The notes below the pieces were generated by a model. That model was not told the DNA's origin. It searched no databases and saw nothing but the letters and a program-made list of their open reading frames with translations. DNA of 48,807 bases from Endozoicomonadaceae bacterium (GTDB lineage: Bacteria > Pseudomonadota > Gammaproteobacteria > Pseudomonadales > Endozoicomonadaceae): the NCBI GenBank assembly GCA_015163815.1, contig JAAOIJ010000120.1, positions 1 through 48,807 on the forward strand, given 5' to 3'. Numbering within the stretch: the stretch's first letter is position 1; each line of letters starts with the position of its first letter. Below are positions 40,738 to 48,807 of this stretch, in pieces. A program made the position numbers and the translations under genes.

Positions 40738-41496
40738 TTAATTGGATTGGATGGGATTATTTAAATACTCGACTACTTTGTCTAAGTCCTGTTCGTTATT
40801 AATGCTAGGCGGTAGTGTATTAGTAGTAATATGATGAATATCATATCCGTACCATAAAAAACGTAAGAGTTCTATGTTTTCTGCGGTTTCTAAGGGAGAT
40901 TCAGGCCATTTATCAAATTGATTTAAGGCCTCGAGTCGATAAGCATGAAGATCGGTTAATTGATGATAAATAGGTGAATTATAGGCTTGATGATGTTCAT
41001 CTTGTAAGTAAGGAATGGTGGCTCGACTTAAATAGAGTATATTATTTTTTGCATTTGGAATCACTTTAATAATATTTGGATCTGATGAGGCTTCCGTTTC
41101 TTTTATCATGCAAGATAAGGCAGCAATGGATATATCTTGTTTTGATTCTAGTATACTCACCATTTTTTTAATCAAACTAAGTGGCATAAAAGGCATATTG
41201 CAAGGTAATGTAATGAGAATATCGGCAATAGGTATGTCGCTATTGTGAATCACTTCTTGTAAATGAGATATGCTTCCGAGTTTTCTATTTAATGTAATAT
41301 GTGCTATAGCACCTATTTTTTTTGCTAAAGAAGCAATTCTTTCGTCATTTGTAGCAATAATAATATTATCAGGGCAACTCTTAAGTGCTATTTCGTATAC
41401 ATGTTGTAAAATTGAGGTGCCATTTAAATCAAAAAGTGGATTCATTGATAATTTTGATGAAGAAAATCCAGCAGGAATAATAATACTGAAATTCAT
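40738..41496 (-). CDS. kdsB: KdsB (CMP-Kdo synthetase) homologue with substituted catalytic motifs
   Basis: Full-length (252 aa) and collinear with E. coli KdsB, with conserved ycaR-kdsB synteny and ELLRFLWYG retained. PARYASTRLPGKPL is replaced by PAGFSSSKLSMNPL. QGDEP is replaced by PCNMP (41191-41214). GVDTPEDL is replaced by SINNEQDL. Confidence 0.75.
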   Translation of the reverse strand: MNFSIIIPAGFSSSKLSMNPLFDLNGTSILQHVYEIALKSCPDNIIIATNDERIASLAKKIGAIAHITLNRKLGSISHLQEVIHNSDIPIADILITLPCNMPFMPLSLIKKMVSILESKQDISIAALSCMIKETEASSDPNIIKVIPNAKNNILYLSRATIPYLQDEHHQAYNSPIYHQLTDLHAYRLEALNQFDKWPESPLETAENIELLRFLWYGYDIHHITTNTLPPSINNEQDLDKVVEYLNNPIQSN

Positions 41497-41690
41497 GTGA
41501 TTTGCTCCAATGTATTATTTGAAGTCATAGGTTTTGATTCGTTTTTTAATAATATAGGGATGCTATTTTTGATAGAATACAGGGTATGACAAGTTTTGCA
41601 TTCGCAATATTGATCTAAATTAGCATCATAAGATAGCTCATGGTGACATGATGGGCAGGCTAATATATTAATTAAGGCTTCTGTTAGCAT
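41493..41690 (-). CDS. ycaR: Trm112/UPF0434-family zinc-ribbon protein (YcaR-like)
   Basis: 65 aa with ILACPSC...CKTC and IPILL. It overlaps kdsB by 4 nt, as in the enterobacterial ycaR-kdsB arrangement. Confidence 0.8.
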   Translation of the reverse strand: MLTEALINILACPSCHHELSYDANLDQYCECKTCHTLYSIKNSIPILLKNESKPMTSNNTLEQIT

Positions 41691-41937
41691 TTTAAGACCT
41701 TTGGATTAAACTAAGCAACATATATCATGTTACTTCTTTATTCTGATAAAAAGCAAGTTTATTTTGAACCACTTTATCTATATTGTATCACTAGGTTTGA
41801 TTGAAAAAACAGAATAAAAATAGGGCCTGATGAGACAAGTCAACAGGATTGATTTTGGGTTAGGATAGCCTGTATATCACAGGCAAATTAGTGCTTAAAT
41901 GAGAGGCAATCATATCAGTATGCTATTGTTGATGATG

Positions 41938-43590
41938 CTATATGCCTTCATGATATATCATCAAATGATTTATGTTATAGTAATGGGTATGGGTATGGCT
42001 ATCACTTTCACTGATAACGATCAGACGTTGCCTTGTTTGATCGAACTGTAATGTTTTAATGAAACTATCATCTTTTAGTTTTAAAGCGCAAGTCGCTTGA
42101 GCAGGCTTTTCTCCAAAATCTGTAATAATACTATATCCTGTAGGATTACATTGTATTAATGTGTTTTTACTGGGAATAAAGCATGACAAATCGCCTAGTT
42201 TCATAGGACTACTTAGTTCTATTTTGTATAGGATAGGTGCTATTAGATTTTTTTCAAGAATAGCGATGGTTGTCAATAGCGTTTGTTCACAGTTCGAGAT
42301 AATGAACATCTCGGATGTAGGATGTAAGGATAAAATATAAGTCTTGTGAAGGTGAGCAGGTAATGCGTGTATATCAACAGACTGTATATTGAATTGACCA
42401 TAACTGAAGCTGATCGTGTGTTTTTTTAATATATAGCTATTATTATCTATGGCGTATAGAGTAAAGGCGTTGATACTTGGCTTGGATGCAAAAGTCTGAG
42501 TATTTTCAAGCATGAGCGTTGTCTCGTTAAAGTCTGCGAGGTTATATAGATAACATGCTATCTTATTGCTTTCTTGTAAGGTGATCATGACTAAATTGTC
42601 TTCTAGAGAAAAGCTTGTGGTAAGATCTAAAGGTTGAGGATTGTCTAAAAAGATAGTCTTTGCGCAGGGGATATTATCTTTCAGTGCTATATTTGTGATG
42701 TGATATCTAAATTGTTCATTTGTAATGATTATGATATTTTTTTTACTTTCATTTAATGTAATATTGATAATACGATTTCCTTTCATTTCCTCTGATGACA
42801 TCTGTTGCTTGTTTAGATAGATCGTAATATAAACTTTGTTTTTACTTTCTGTAAAAACAAAGGTCATATGATCTATAGTTAAGATTGTATGAGGTGTTAA
42901 GTGTGTTTCTATATGATCTAATGTATCCATGTCACCTGTTTTAATAGTATTTTGCGTCTCTATAGGTTCTATCATAAGAGGCGCTTGACTGTTTGGTATT
43001 GTATCAGTATCAGTTGTACTTTGATCTGTGTCTATTGCCATGCAATGATTTGGATTAGGTTGTATGCTGATATCCTTGAATCCAGAAGATATTTTTCTTT
43101 CATGCTGTAATAAGTTATTTGAGTTAACATAAATAGTTGTATGTAGTTGTTGTAATTTAATGGCTATTTGTGTATCGAGGCTTTGTATTGCAACTTGATT
43201 TAAAGAGGTATATGTTGTTTGCAAAATTGTTGTAAAGTCTAGATCCGAAGTGTATAACGCTTTATCGTCTTGTTTTTGATAGCAGTCAGTGCATGCTCTG
43301 TATTTATACTGCGAATGACAAAATGAATCGGTACGTAGCTCTTTGCAAAAGAAACAAAAATTCTTTTGATTTTCTAAAATAGATTGGATGAAGTTACACT
43401 GTTGAATGATTTTTTGGTTTTGCTGGTATGACTGCTTAGTATAATAAAATACATAATGTGTCTGGCGATAAGTTGTAAAGTTATAACTGAGAGTGTCGCT
43501 ATAGCTCAATATATTGTATGTAAGAAGAAAAGAAGCAAATATTATGAATAATAAGGCATGAATTTTATTCAATATGTGTTTTTTTAGCAT
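41938..43590 (-). CDS. Orphan 550-aa protein with N-terminal signal/anchor and Cys/His cluster (effector-like or exported)
   Basis: N-terminus MLKKHILNKIHALLFIIFASFLLTY. The cluster is C65, then C79-x2-C82-x8-C91-H92-x7-C100-x2-C103 (43282-43398). The remainder looks beta-rich. The C-terminus contains SHTHTH, encoded by an ATGGGT-type hexamer repeat (41983-42000). Confidence 0.55.
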   Translation of the reverse strand: MLKKHILNKIHALLFIIFASFLLTYNILSYSDTLSYNFTTYRQTHYVFYYTKQSYQQNQKIIQQCNFIQSILENQKNFCFFCKELRTDSFCHSQYKYRACTDCYQKQDDKALYTSDLDFTTILQTTYTSLNQVAIQSLDTQIAIKLQQLHTTIYVNSNNLLQHERKISSGFKDISIQPNPNHCMAIDTDQSTTDTDTIPNSQAPLMIEPIETQNTIKTGDMDTLDHIETHLTPHTILTIDHMTFVFTESKNKVYITIYLNKQQMSSEEMKGNRIINITLNESKKNIIIITNEQFRYHITNIALKDNIPCAKTIFLDNPQPLDLTTSFSLEDNLVMITLQESNKIACYLYNLADFNETTLMLENTQTFASKPSINAFTLYAIDNNSYILKKHTISFSYGQFNIQSVDIHALPAHLHKTYILSLHPTSEMFIISNCEQTLLTTIAILEKNLIAPILYKIELSSPMKLGDLSCFIPSKNTLIQCNPTGYSIITDFGEKPAQATCALKLKDDSFIKTLQFDQTRQRLIVISESDSHTHTHYYNINHLMIYHEGI

Positions 43591-43734
43591 ATAAAAAGAA
43601 CCTGTATTATATTAAGGATTATCTTGAGTGAAGAACATGTCATATTTTTTATCTAAAATTAAGAGACATGTGCTATATCCATAATATGGAAGGATAAAAT
43701 TGTCTTCGTTATTTTATTCTAAAGCTTAAAGGAT

Positions 43735-43767
43735 AACCCCTAAAGATTTGATTTGCAGGGGTTTTTT
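43735..43767. terminator. Hairpin with T-run between the DUF378 gene and the 550-aa gene (weak terminator candidate)
   Basis: AACCCCT (43735-43741) pairs with AGGGGTT (43757-43763) and is followed by TTTT on the plus strand. On the minus strand the U-tract is poor. Confidence 0.3.
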
Positions 43768-43787
43768 ATCAGTTATATTCAATATGC

Positions 43788-44018
43788 TTATTTAGTTGTG
43801 CAAGTCGTATTGCAGATACTGCAGCATTGGCACAACGTGATTAATGAAAAAACACCTGAAACACCAATAGTGCAATATATAATTTTTTCACAAACACCAA
43901 GCATTGGCATGCTATTACAGATAACGGTTACTAAATTAAAGTCAAAAAATCCGACTAAACCCCAGTTTATTGCTCCTACAGCCGTCAGTATGCTAAATAT
44001 TAAATTAAGCAATTTCAT
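43788..44018 (-). CDS. DUF378 family small membrane protein
   Basis: LTAVGAINWGLVGFFDFNLV signature and two TM segments. GGAGG lies 9 nt upstream of ATG 44018; the ORF track starts at 44048. Confidence 0.75.
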   Translation of the reverse strand: MKLLNLIFSILTAVGAINWGLVGFFDFNLVTVICNSMPMLGVCEKIIYCTIGVSGVFSLITLCQCCSICNTTCTTK

Positions 44019-44490
44019 TTTAAATCGCCTCCGTACGCGTGGTCTCAAATATGAAGTTTAAGTAAGGTATATTTTACGTGACATTTCAAATTCATTATAA
44101 CTGAAAAATGAATTTGAGTAAATTGAAAATAAGGATATAGTCATTTTATAAAAAAATCTTTTATGTATAATGAATCTTTTTTGATTAAAGGTTACTGTAA
44201 TTGTTGTTCAACTTTATGTTAGATCTCATCTTCTATATTTGATTCATATGGATTAATATTTTTGCAATGCCGCTTAGCTAACAAAGCCTTCAGTTCAGTT
44301 TCTAGTCATTGAGTTGATTGAATGAAAAAAGATATTAATTTTTTTAGATTATTTCGATAATATATTATTTTATATCAATGCTTATCAAGAGAAAATTTAA
44401 CACGAGTTATGATCAGCTGTTAAAAGCATGTTTTGATACGACGTGATAAAAAAATATAGTTCATGATGATCGTGTTAATCTAAATTATAA

Positions 44491-44997
44491 TTATTTTTTT
44501 TTACGATTCATCCACTGTTTTTGAATTGATCTTCGCCATAAAAAATGTGTTGTAAAGTAGCCTGTAATGGATATGAAAACAGCAAATGTAATGGATCCAA
44601 AATATAATGGGAGCCATATAAAGGATAAAGTATTTGTTAACCATTCTATGGTAAAATGAAAAGGCGCATCATGTAAATTCATATTTAATAGAAAACATCC
44701 AAAACGATAAGTAGAATAAAATAAAAAAGGCATGGTCAGTGGATTAGTAATCCAGACTAATGCAACAGAAATTGGGATATTTGCACGTAAAGAGATCGCA
44801 AGTATTGCTGATAATACCATTTGAAAAGGCATGGGGATAAAAGCTGAAAATAATCCAATAGCGATTGCTTTAGCGGTTGTCTTTCGATTGATATACCATA
44901 ATTGTTTATCAAATAGATACTGACCTAAAAACTGTAATGAATTATTTTTTTTTAGCTCATCAGGATTAGGGATATAGCGTGAAAAAAATTTTTTCAT
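44491..44997 (-). CDS. DUF2062 family membrane protein
   Basis: 168 aa. RKTTAKAIAIGLFSAFIPMPFQMVLSAILAISLRANIPISVALVWITNPLT fits the DUF2062 pattern as remembered. Confidence 0.7.
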   Translation of the reverse strand: MKKFFSRYIPNPDELKKNNSLQFLGQYLFDKQLWYINRKTTAKAIAIGLFSAFIPMPFQMVLSAILAISLRANIPISVALVWITNPLTMPFLFYSTYRFGCFLLNMNLHDAPFHFTIEWLTNTLSFIWLPLYFGSITFAVFISITGYFTTHFLWRRSIQKQWMNRKKK

Positions 44998-45218
44998 AGA
45001 GAACCTTATTTAAAAAGAAGGATGTATTTTATGAGAAAATATAATCATATAGGTTTGATATATCAAATGATATTTATTAAGGAAGAGTGTGTTTAAATTA
45101 AATCATATTGAATCATAGCTGATTCTTGATGATAAGTCATGTGTTTTAAAAAAATGCATATAAAAAAATAGTATGCAATACGATATGGTATCCTCTATAG
45201 TTTAGTATTTTATTGGTG

Positions 45219-46430
45219 ATGCGTATGCGTGATTCTAAAAGAAATTGGAAAACAGTCATTTTATTTGTTTTTTTACTAGGATTGCTTCCGTTATCTTTAG
45301 ATAGTTATTTGTCTATTATGCCATTATTAGAACAAGTGTTTAAAAAAGATCCTATATTTATTCAAATGGGTTTTAGTGCTTTTTTATTTATATTTGGTCT
45401 ATTTCAATTATTTTTTGGTGTACTATCAGATAGATTTGGTCGAAAAGGAATGGCTTTAAATGGTTTAATTGTCTTTGAAATAGGCGTAATATGCAGTTTT
45501 TTTGCAACACAGTTGACCGTATTATTGTTAGGTCGAATATTACAAGCGATGGGTTGCTCTATGATATTTGTTGCAGTTTTAGCAGCTGTAAAAGATAGCT
45601 ATTCTTATCAGAAATCGACGATTATTTATACTTATATGACAGCATGGAATCCATTATTTGCATTATTTGGATTGGTTATGAGTAGCTTTTTAATTAAATG
45701 GATAGGCTGGCAATCAGTTTTTATCGTATTAGGTTTATTTGGCTTCTTTTTATTTTATCTCTCATGCCTATATTTCAAAGAAACATTAATTCAAAAAAAT
45801 AAAGATTTTTTTTGGAGTCGAGCGCGTTTTAATCAGCTTAAAAATCCTTGTTTTATCATATTTACTCTGACGTTAGTCTCTGGTTATTCTGGATTAATGA
45901 GTATTATTTCGTTAACGCCTCATATTTTACTAAAAGTATTAGATGTTAAATTGCAATACTTAGGACTTTATTTTGGTATTTTATCATCATCTGTTTTATT
46001 TTCAGGTATTAGTAGTGTTTACATTATCAAGAAACAAGGCGTGTTTTTTTTATTAAAGACAGGATTTATTTTATTATTGCTAGCAACTATATTGCTGCTT
46101 ATTATAAATGTATCATATACGCTATCATGTTGGAGTTATTTTTTGCCGACTAGCTTAATGGTCATTGGCAGCGTATGGCTTTTAAATGCAGGTCAAGGTG
46201 GAAGTATGAGCATGTGTAAAGCGTCAAATGCAGGCTTTACTACTTCTATTTTAAGCTTATTTAGATATGGATTAGGTTCTATTTTATGTGCTATTCCTGT
46301 TTTTATTTCATCAACCTCTATTATGCCATTAGCTTACTTATGTTTTATATTATTAAGTATAATGAGTTGTGCTTTATGGGTTCTGCATTATTTTTATCAT
46401 GATGCTAAGCTAGCATTGAAAGTATTGTGA
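45219..46430 (+). CDS. MFS transporter (Bcr/CflA-like drug:H+ antiporter type)
   Basis: About 12 hydrophobic segments and a motif-A-like LSDRFGRKG. The start is ambiguous among TTG 45213, ATG 45219 and ATG 45225. Confidence 0.8.
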   Translation: MRMRDSKRNWKTVILFVFLLGLLPLSLDSYLSIMPLLEQVFKKDPIFIQMGFSAFLFIFGLFQLFFGVLSDRFGRKGMALNGLIVFEIGVICSFFATQLTVLLLGRILQAMGCSMIFVAVLAAVKDSYSYQKSTIIYTYMTAWNPLFALFGLVMSSFLIKWIGWQSVFIVLGLFGFFLFYLSCLYFKETLIQKNKDFFWSRARFNQLKNPCFIIFTLTLVSGYSGLMSIISLTPHILLKVLDVKLQYLGLYFGILSSSVLFSGISSVYIIKKQGVFFLLKTGFILLLLATILLLIINVSYTLSCWSYFLPTSLMVIGSVWLLNAGQGGSMSMCKASNAGFTTSILSLFRYGLGSILCAIPVFISSTSIMPLAYLCFILLSIMSCALWVLHYFYHDAKLALKVL

Positions 46431-46562
46431 TATCACAGCATTAGTTGATAAATGATGAGATCATGAGTTGACCCTAAAACATGGCATCATCAATAATCGA
46501 CTCTGAAAACATCTATTTTTTTATATTTTTTACAAAATTTAAAAAAATGGATTTTATTGTTT

Positions 46563-47867
46563 TTAAATACTTGATGTATGATATGTAGTCATTGTTTCAA
46601 AAACAGATTGAGATGCTTGGATTGTTTCATTGATTAAGTCAGTAGTATGAGCAAAAGACATAAATCCAGCTTCATAAGGAGATGGCGCAAAATATATTCC
46701 TTTTTTTAACATGCCATGAAAAAATAATTTAAAATAATTTTTTTGATCTGTTGTTAGAGTATGGGATGTTTTGGGTGTTTGATCGGAAAAAAAGAATCCA
46801 AATAACCCGCCTGCATAATTAAAAGAAAAGGGTATATGATGTGCATGAGCGTGTTCTTGTAAACCTTGTAATAAGTGTTGACATCTTGCCTCAAGCTCAT
46901 CATATAAATTTTTTGTTTCTTGAATCAAGATTAAATTTTGCAAGCCAGCCGCCATAGCCATTGGATTTCCTGATAAAGTACCTGCTTGATATACTGGTCC
47001 TAATGGAGCAAGGTATGACATGATCTCTTGTCGACCACCAAACGCACCAACTGGCATGCCTCCTCCAATAATTTTGCCTAATATAGTTAGGTCTGGCATG
47101 ATCTGATAACGTGCTTGAGCGCCTCCTGAGTGAACTCGAAATCCTGTCATAACTTCATCAAAAAGAAGTAATGCATCATATTGAGTGCAATAATCACGTA
47201 ATGCTTGTAAAAACTGTATATCAGGAATAACACAATTCATATTACCAGCAATAGGTTCTATAATCACAGCAGCAATCTCGGTTGCGTATTGTGTGAAAAT
47301 TGATTTCAAGGCAGATATATCATTGTAAGGTAAAACTAGTGTGTCTTGTGTGACAGCTTCAGGTATACCTGCAGAGTCTGGTATGCCACAAGTTAATGCG
47401 CCTGATCCCGCTTGAACTAATAATGTATCAACATGTCCGTGATAACAGCCTGAAAATTTAATAATTTTATGACGTTTTGTATAGGCCCTTGCTAAACGAA
47501 TAGCGCTCATGACTGCTTCTGTTCCTGAATTTACCATTCTGACTTGTTGAATAGAGGGTATCATTTGCGTTATTTTTTTAGCCATTTTTGTTTCTAAGGC
47601 AGTTGGACTACCAAAAGATAATCCTAATATGATTTGTTCAGTGAGTTTTTTTTGAATTTTAGGATGATTATGCCCCATAATCATAGGGCCCCATGATCCA
47701 ACATAATCTATATATTGTTGGTTGTTTGTATCAAATAAATGCGCACCTTGTGCACGTTTAAAAAAAATAGGGGTGCCGCCTACTGATGAAAAAGCACGAA
47801 CAGGTGAATTAACGCCACCGGGTATATATTGTAATGCTTCTGTAAATAAAGCCTGTTGTGTTGTCAT
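46563..47867 (-). CDS. hemL: Glutamate-1-semialdehyde 2,1-aminomutase
   Basis: IPGGVNSPVRAF, LLFDEVMTGFR and LGKIIGGGMPVGAFGG (PLP lysine). 434 aa. Confidence 0.93.
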   Translation of the reverse strand: MTTQQALFTEALQYIPGGVNSPVRAFSSVGGTPIFFKRAQGAHLFDTNNQQYIDYVGSWGPMIMGHNHPKIQKKLTEQIILGLSFGSPTALETKMAKKITQMIPSIQQVRMVNSGTEAVMSAIRLARAYTKRHKIIKFSGCYHGHVDTLLVQAGSGALTCGIPDSAGIPEAVTQDTLVLPYNDISALKSIFTQYATEIAAVIIEPIAGNMNCVIPDIQFLQALRDYCTQYDALLLFDEVMTGFRVHSGGAQARYQIMPDLTILGKIIGGGMPVGAFGGRQEIMSYLAPLGPVYQAGTLSGNPMAMAAGLQNLILIQETKNLYDELEARCQHLLQGLQEHAHAHHIPFSFNYAGGLFGFFFSDQTPKTSHTLTTDQKNYFKLFFHGMLKKGIYFAPSPYEAGFMSFAHTTDLINETIQASQSVFETMTTYHTSSI

Positions 47868-48230
47868 AAGTTCAGTGCTATTTAAATGGATAAAAAAGTA
47901 ATAGGGATGTTATCATCTTATGATATTCAAAATATTGTTAAGCTTGTTAAATATGAAATATATAGTATGATGAAAAGGGGTTAATATCTATGCGTATGAT
48001 AGTGGATCCTACACTTATTTTAATGTATTAGCAAGATCTCTCGAGTATTTTTTTGATCTCAAGTAAAAAGATATCTTATCATTTTACTTTATTTGATGAT
48101 CATATGATGCTTGATATGTATTATGGTATGATCCATGTCATTCAATAAGTTAAAGTGAGAGTGTGAGACGCATTTAAGCATACAGTACAATAGGTTTTTT
48201 GTTCATTTTGAAAAAAACATTGATAAGTAA

Positions 48231-48317
48231 AAGTATTTGATTAAAAATGTATTGGCTATATTGAAATATTTTAGACGTATTGCGACTCGTTTTGATAAGC
48301 TTCATGACAAGCCATGA
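48231..48317 (+). pseudogene. IS5/IS4-superfamily transposase C-terminal fragment
   Basis: Translation of 48261-48302 gives LKYFRRIATRFDKL, the hallmark (L/F)K.FRRIATRYDK tail. Stops lie on both sides and there is no upstream ORF. Confidence 0.5.
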
Positions 48318-48440
48318 ATGTATATTATGGCTATGAATTGGAAAACAAGGTTTTTGCTAGCATCTCATGAAAAACAGCATTAAAACCGGCTGTAGTTCCG
48401 ATCGTTGACCTTCAGGAGTATATGAATGCTATGCTTCTGC

Positions 48441-48614
48441 CTATCCAGTAGGTTCGAGTTCTTCTATTCCTTTAGCTGCTAAAAATGGTCTATTTTTTAA
48501 ATAATTTTCAATCACTTAAGCTCTTTCGGTTTTTGATATTTTGCCAGCTTCTTCAATTCTATTGCCTTCCTTATGATAAAAGATGATATTGAATCTATCG
48601 TGAAAGGATTCCAT
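48441..48614 (-). pseudogene. rve-type (IS3/IS481-like) integrase C-terminal fragment with in-frame stop
   Basis: The minus-strand translation is MESFHDRFNIIFYHKEGNRIEEAGKISKTERA*VIENYLKNRPFLAAKGIEELEPTG. This resembles ESF..R.....F....EA...I..Y...YN..RPH..L.G.TP. The match is weak. Confidence 0.33.
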
Positions 48615-48807
48615 GTAAAAAAATGATCAATATGGGATACTCTGTTTTTAGTTAAAATATAGTCTCACAAGAGATGCTATATTTTTTGAAAAATCATCTA
48701 AATAGATAACTATTTCGTTATTTCTAATCTAGATTCAAATGCAGATATTATTGTATTATTTTTCTTCTCTAGGGCGTGTCCTCATTTTGAATTCACCCAA
48801 ATAATAG

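Noticed and set aside
43753-44061. 102-aa plus-strand ORF overlapping the DUF378 gene
   Set aside because: The minus-strand frame carries the DUF378 signature (GAINWGLVGFF) and a GGAGG RBS. The plus-strand frame has neither.

Overview
This is a visibly AT-rich chromosomal segment of a gammaproteobacterium. The housekeeping genes are uvrB, ribE, nupC, gltS, tRNA-Pro, maeA, topB, a small ORF-zapA-ssrS unit, pepP-ubiH-ubiI, nqrABCDEF, murB, ycaR-kdsB and hemL. That content, together with large orphan ORFs and IS debris, suggests a host-associated, Legionellales/Coxiellaceae-like lineage; this lineage call is inference, since no search was possible. Accessory DNA interrupts the housekeeping blocks in four ways. 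(i) Two convergent giant orphan genes (about 1016 and 1412 aa) lie between ribE and nupC, the first built from ankyrin-like modules. (ii) A 1018-aa orphan gene, bracketed by ~180-bp direct repeats, splits the normally adjacent zapA-ssrS and pepP-ubiH-ubiI units. It carries a 201-bp coding tandem repeat with bipartite-NLS-like basic clusters and a C-terminal RAP/DUF559-like nuclease-fold motif. (iii) A 550-aa protein has an N-terminal anchor and a Cys cluster. (iv) There are decayed IS30-, IS5- and rve-type fragments, a ~145-bp MITE-like element with 19-20-nt terminal inverted repeats, and hexanucleotide microsatellites. Two further points deserve a second look: a Tus-like (replication-terminus-binding) ORF beside tRNA-Pro with a TerB-like sequence at its 5' end, and a full-length kdsB homologue whose CTP/Mg2+ motifs are all substituted. 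I saw no CRISPR array, rRNA, prophage or recognisable defence or toxin system. All family assignments rest on motifs and remembered reference sequences, not on database searches, and element boundaries are approximate.
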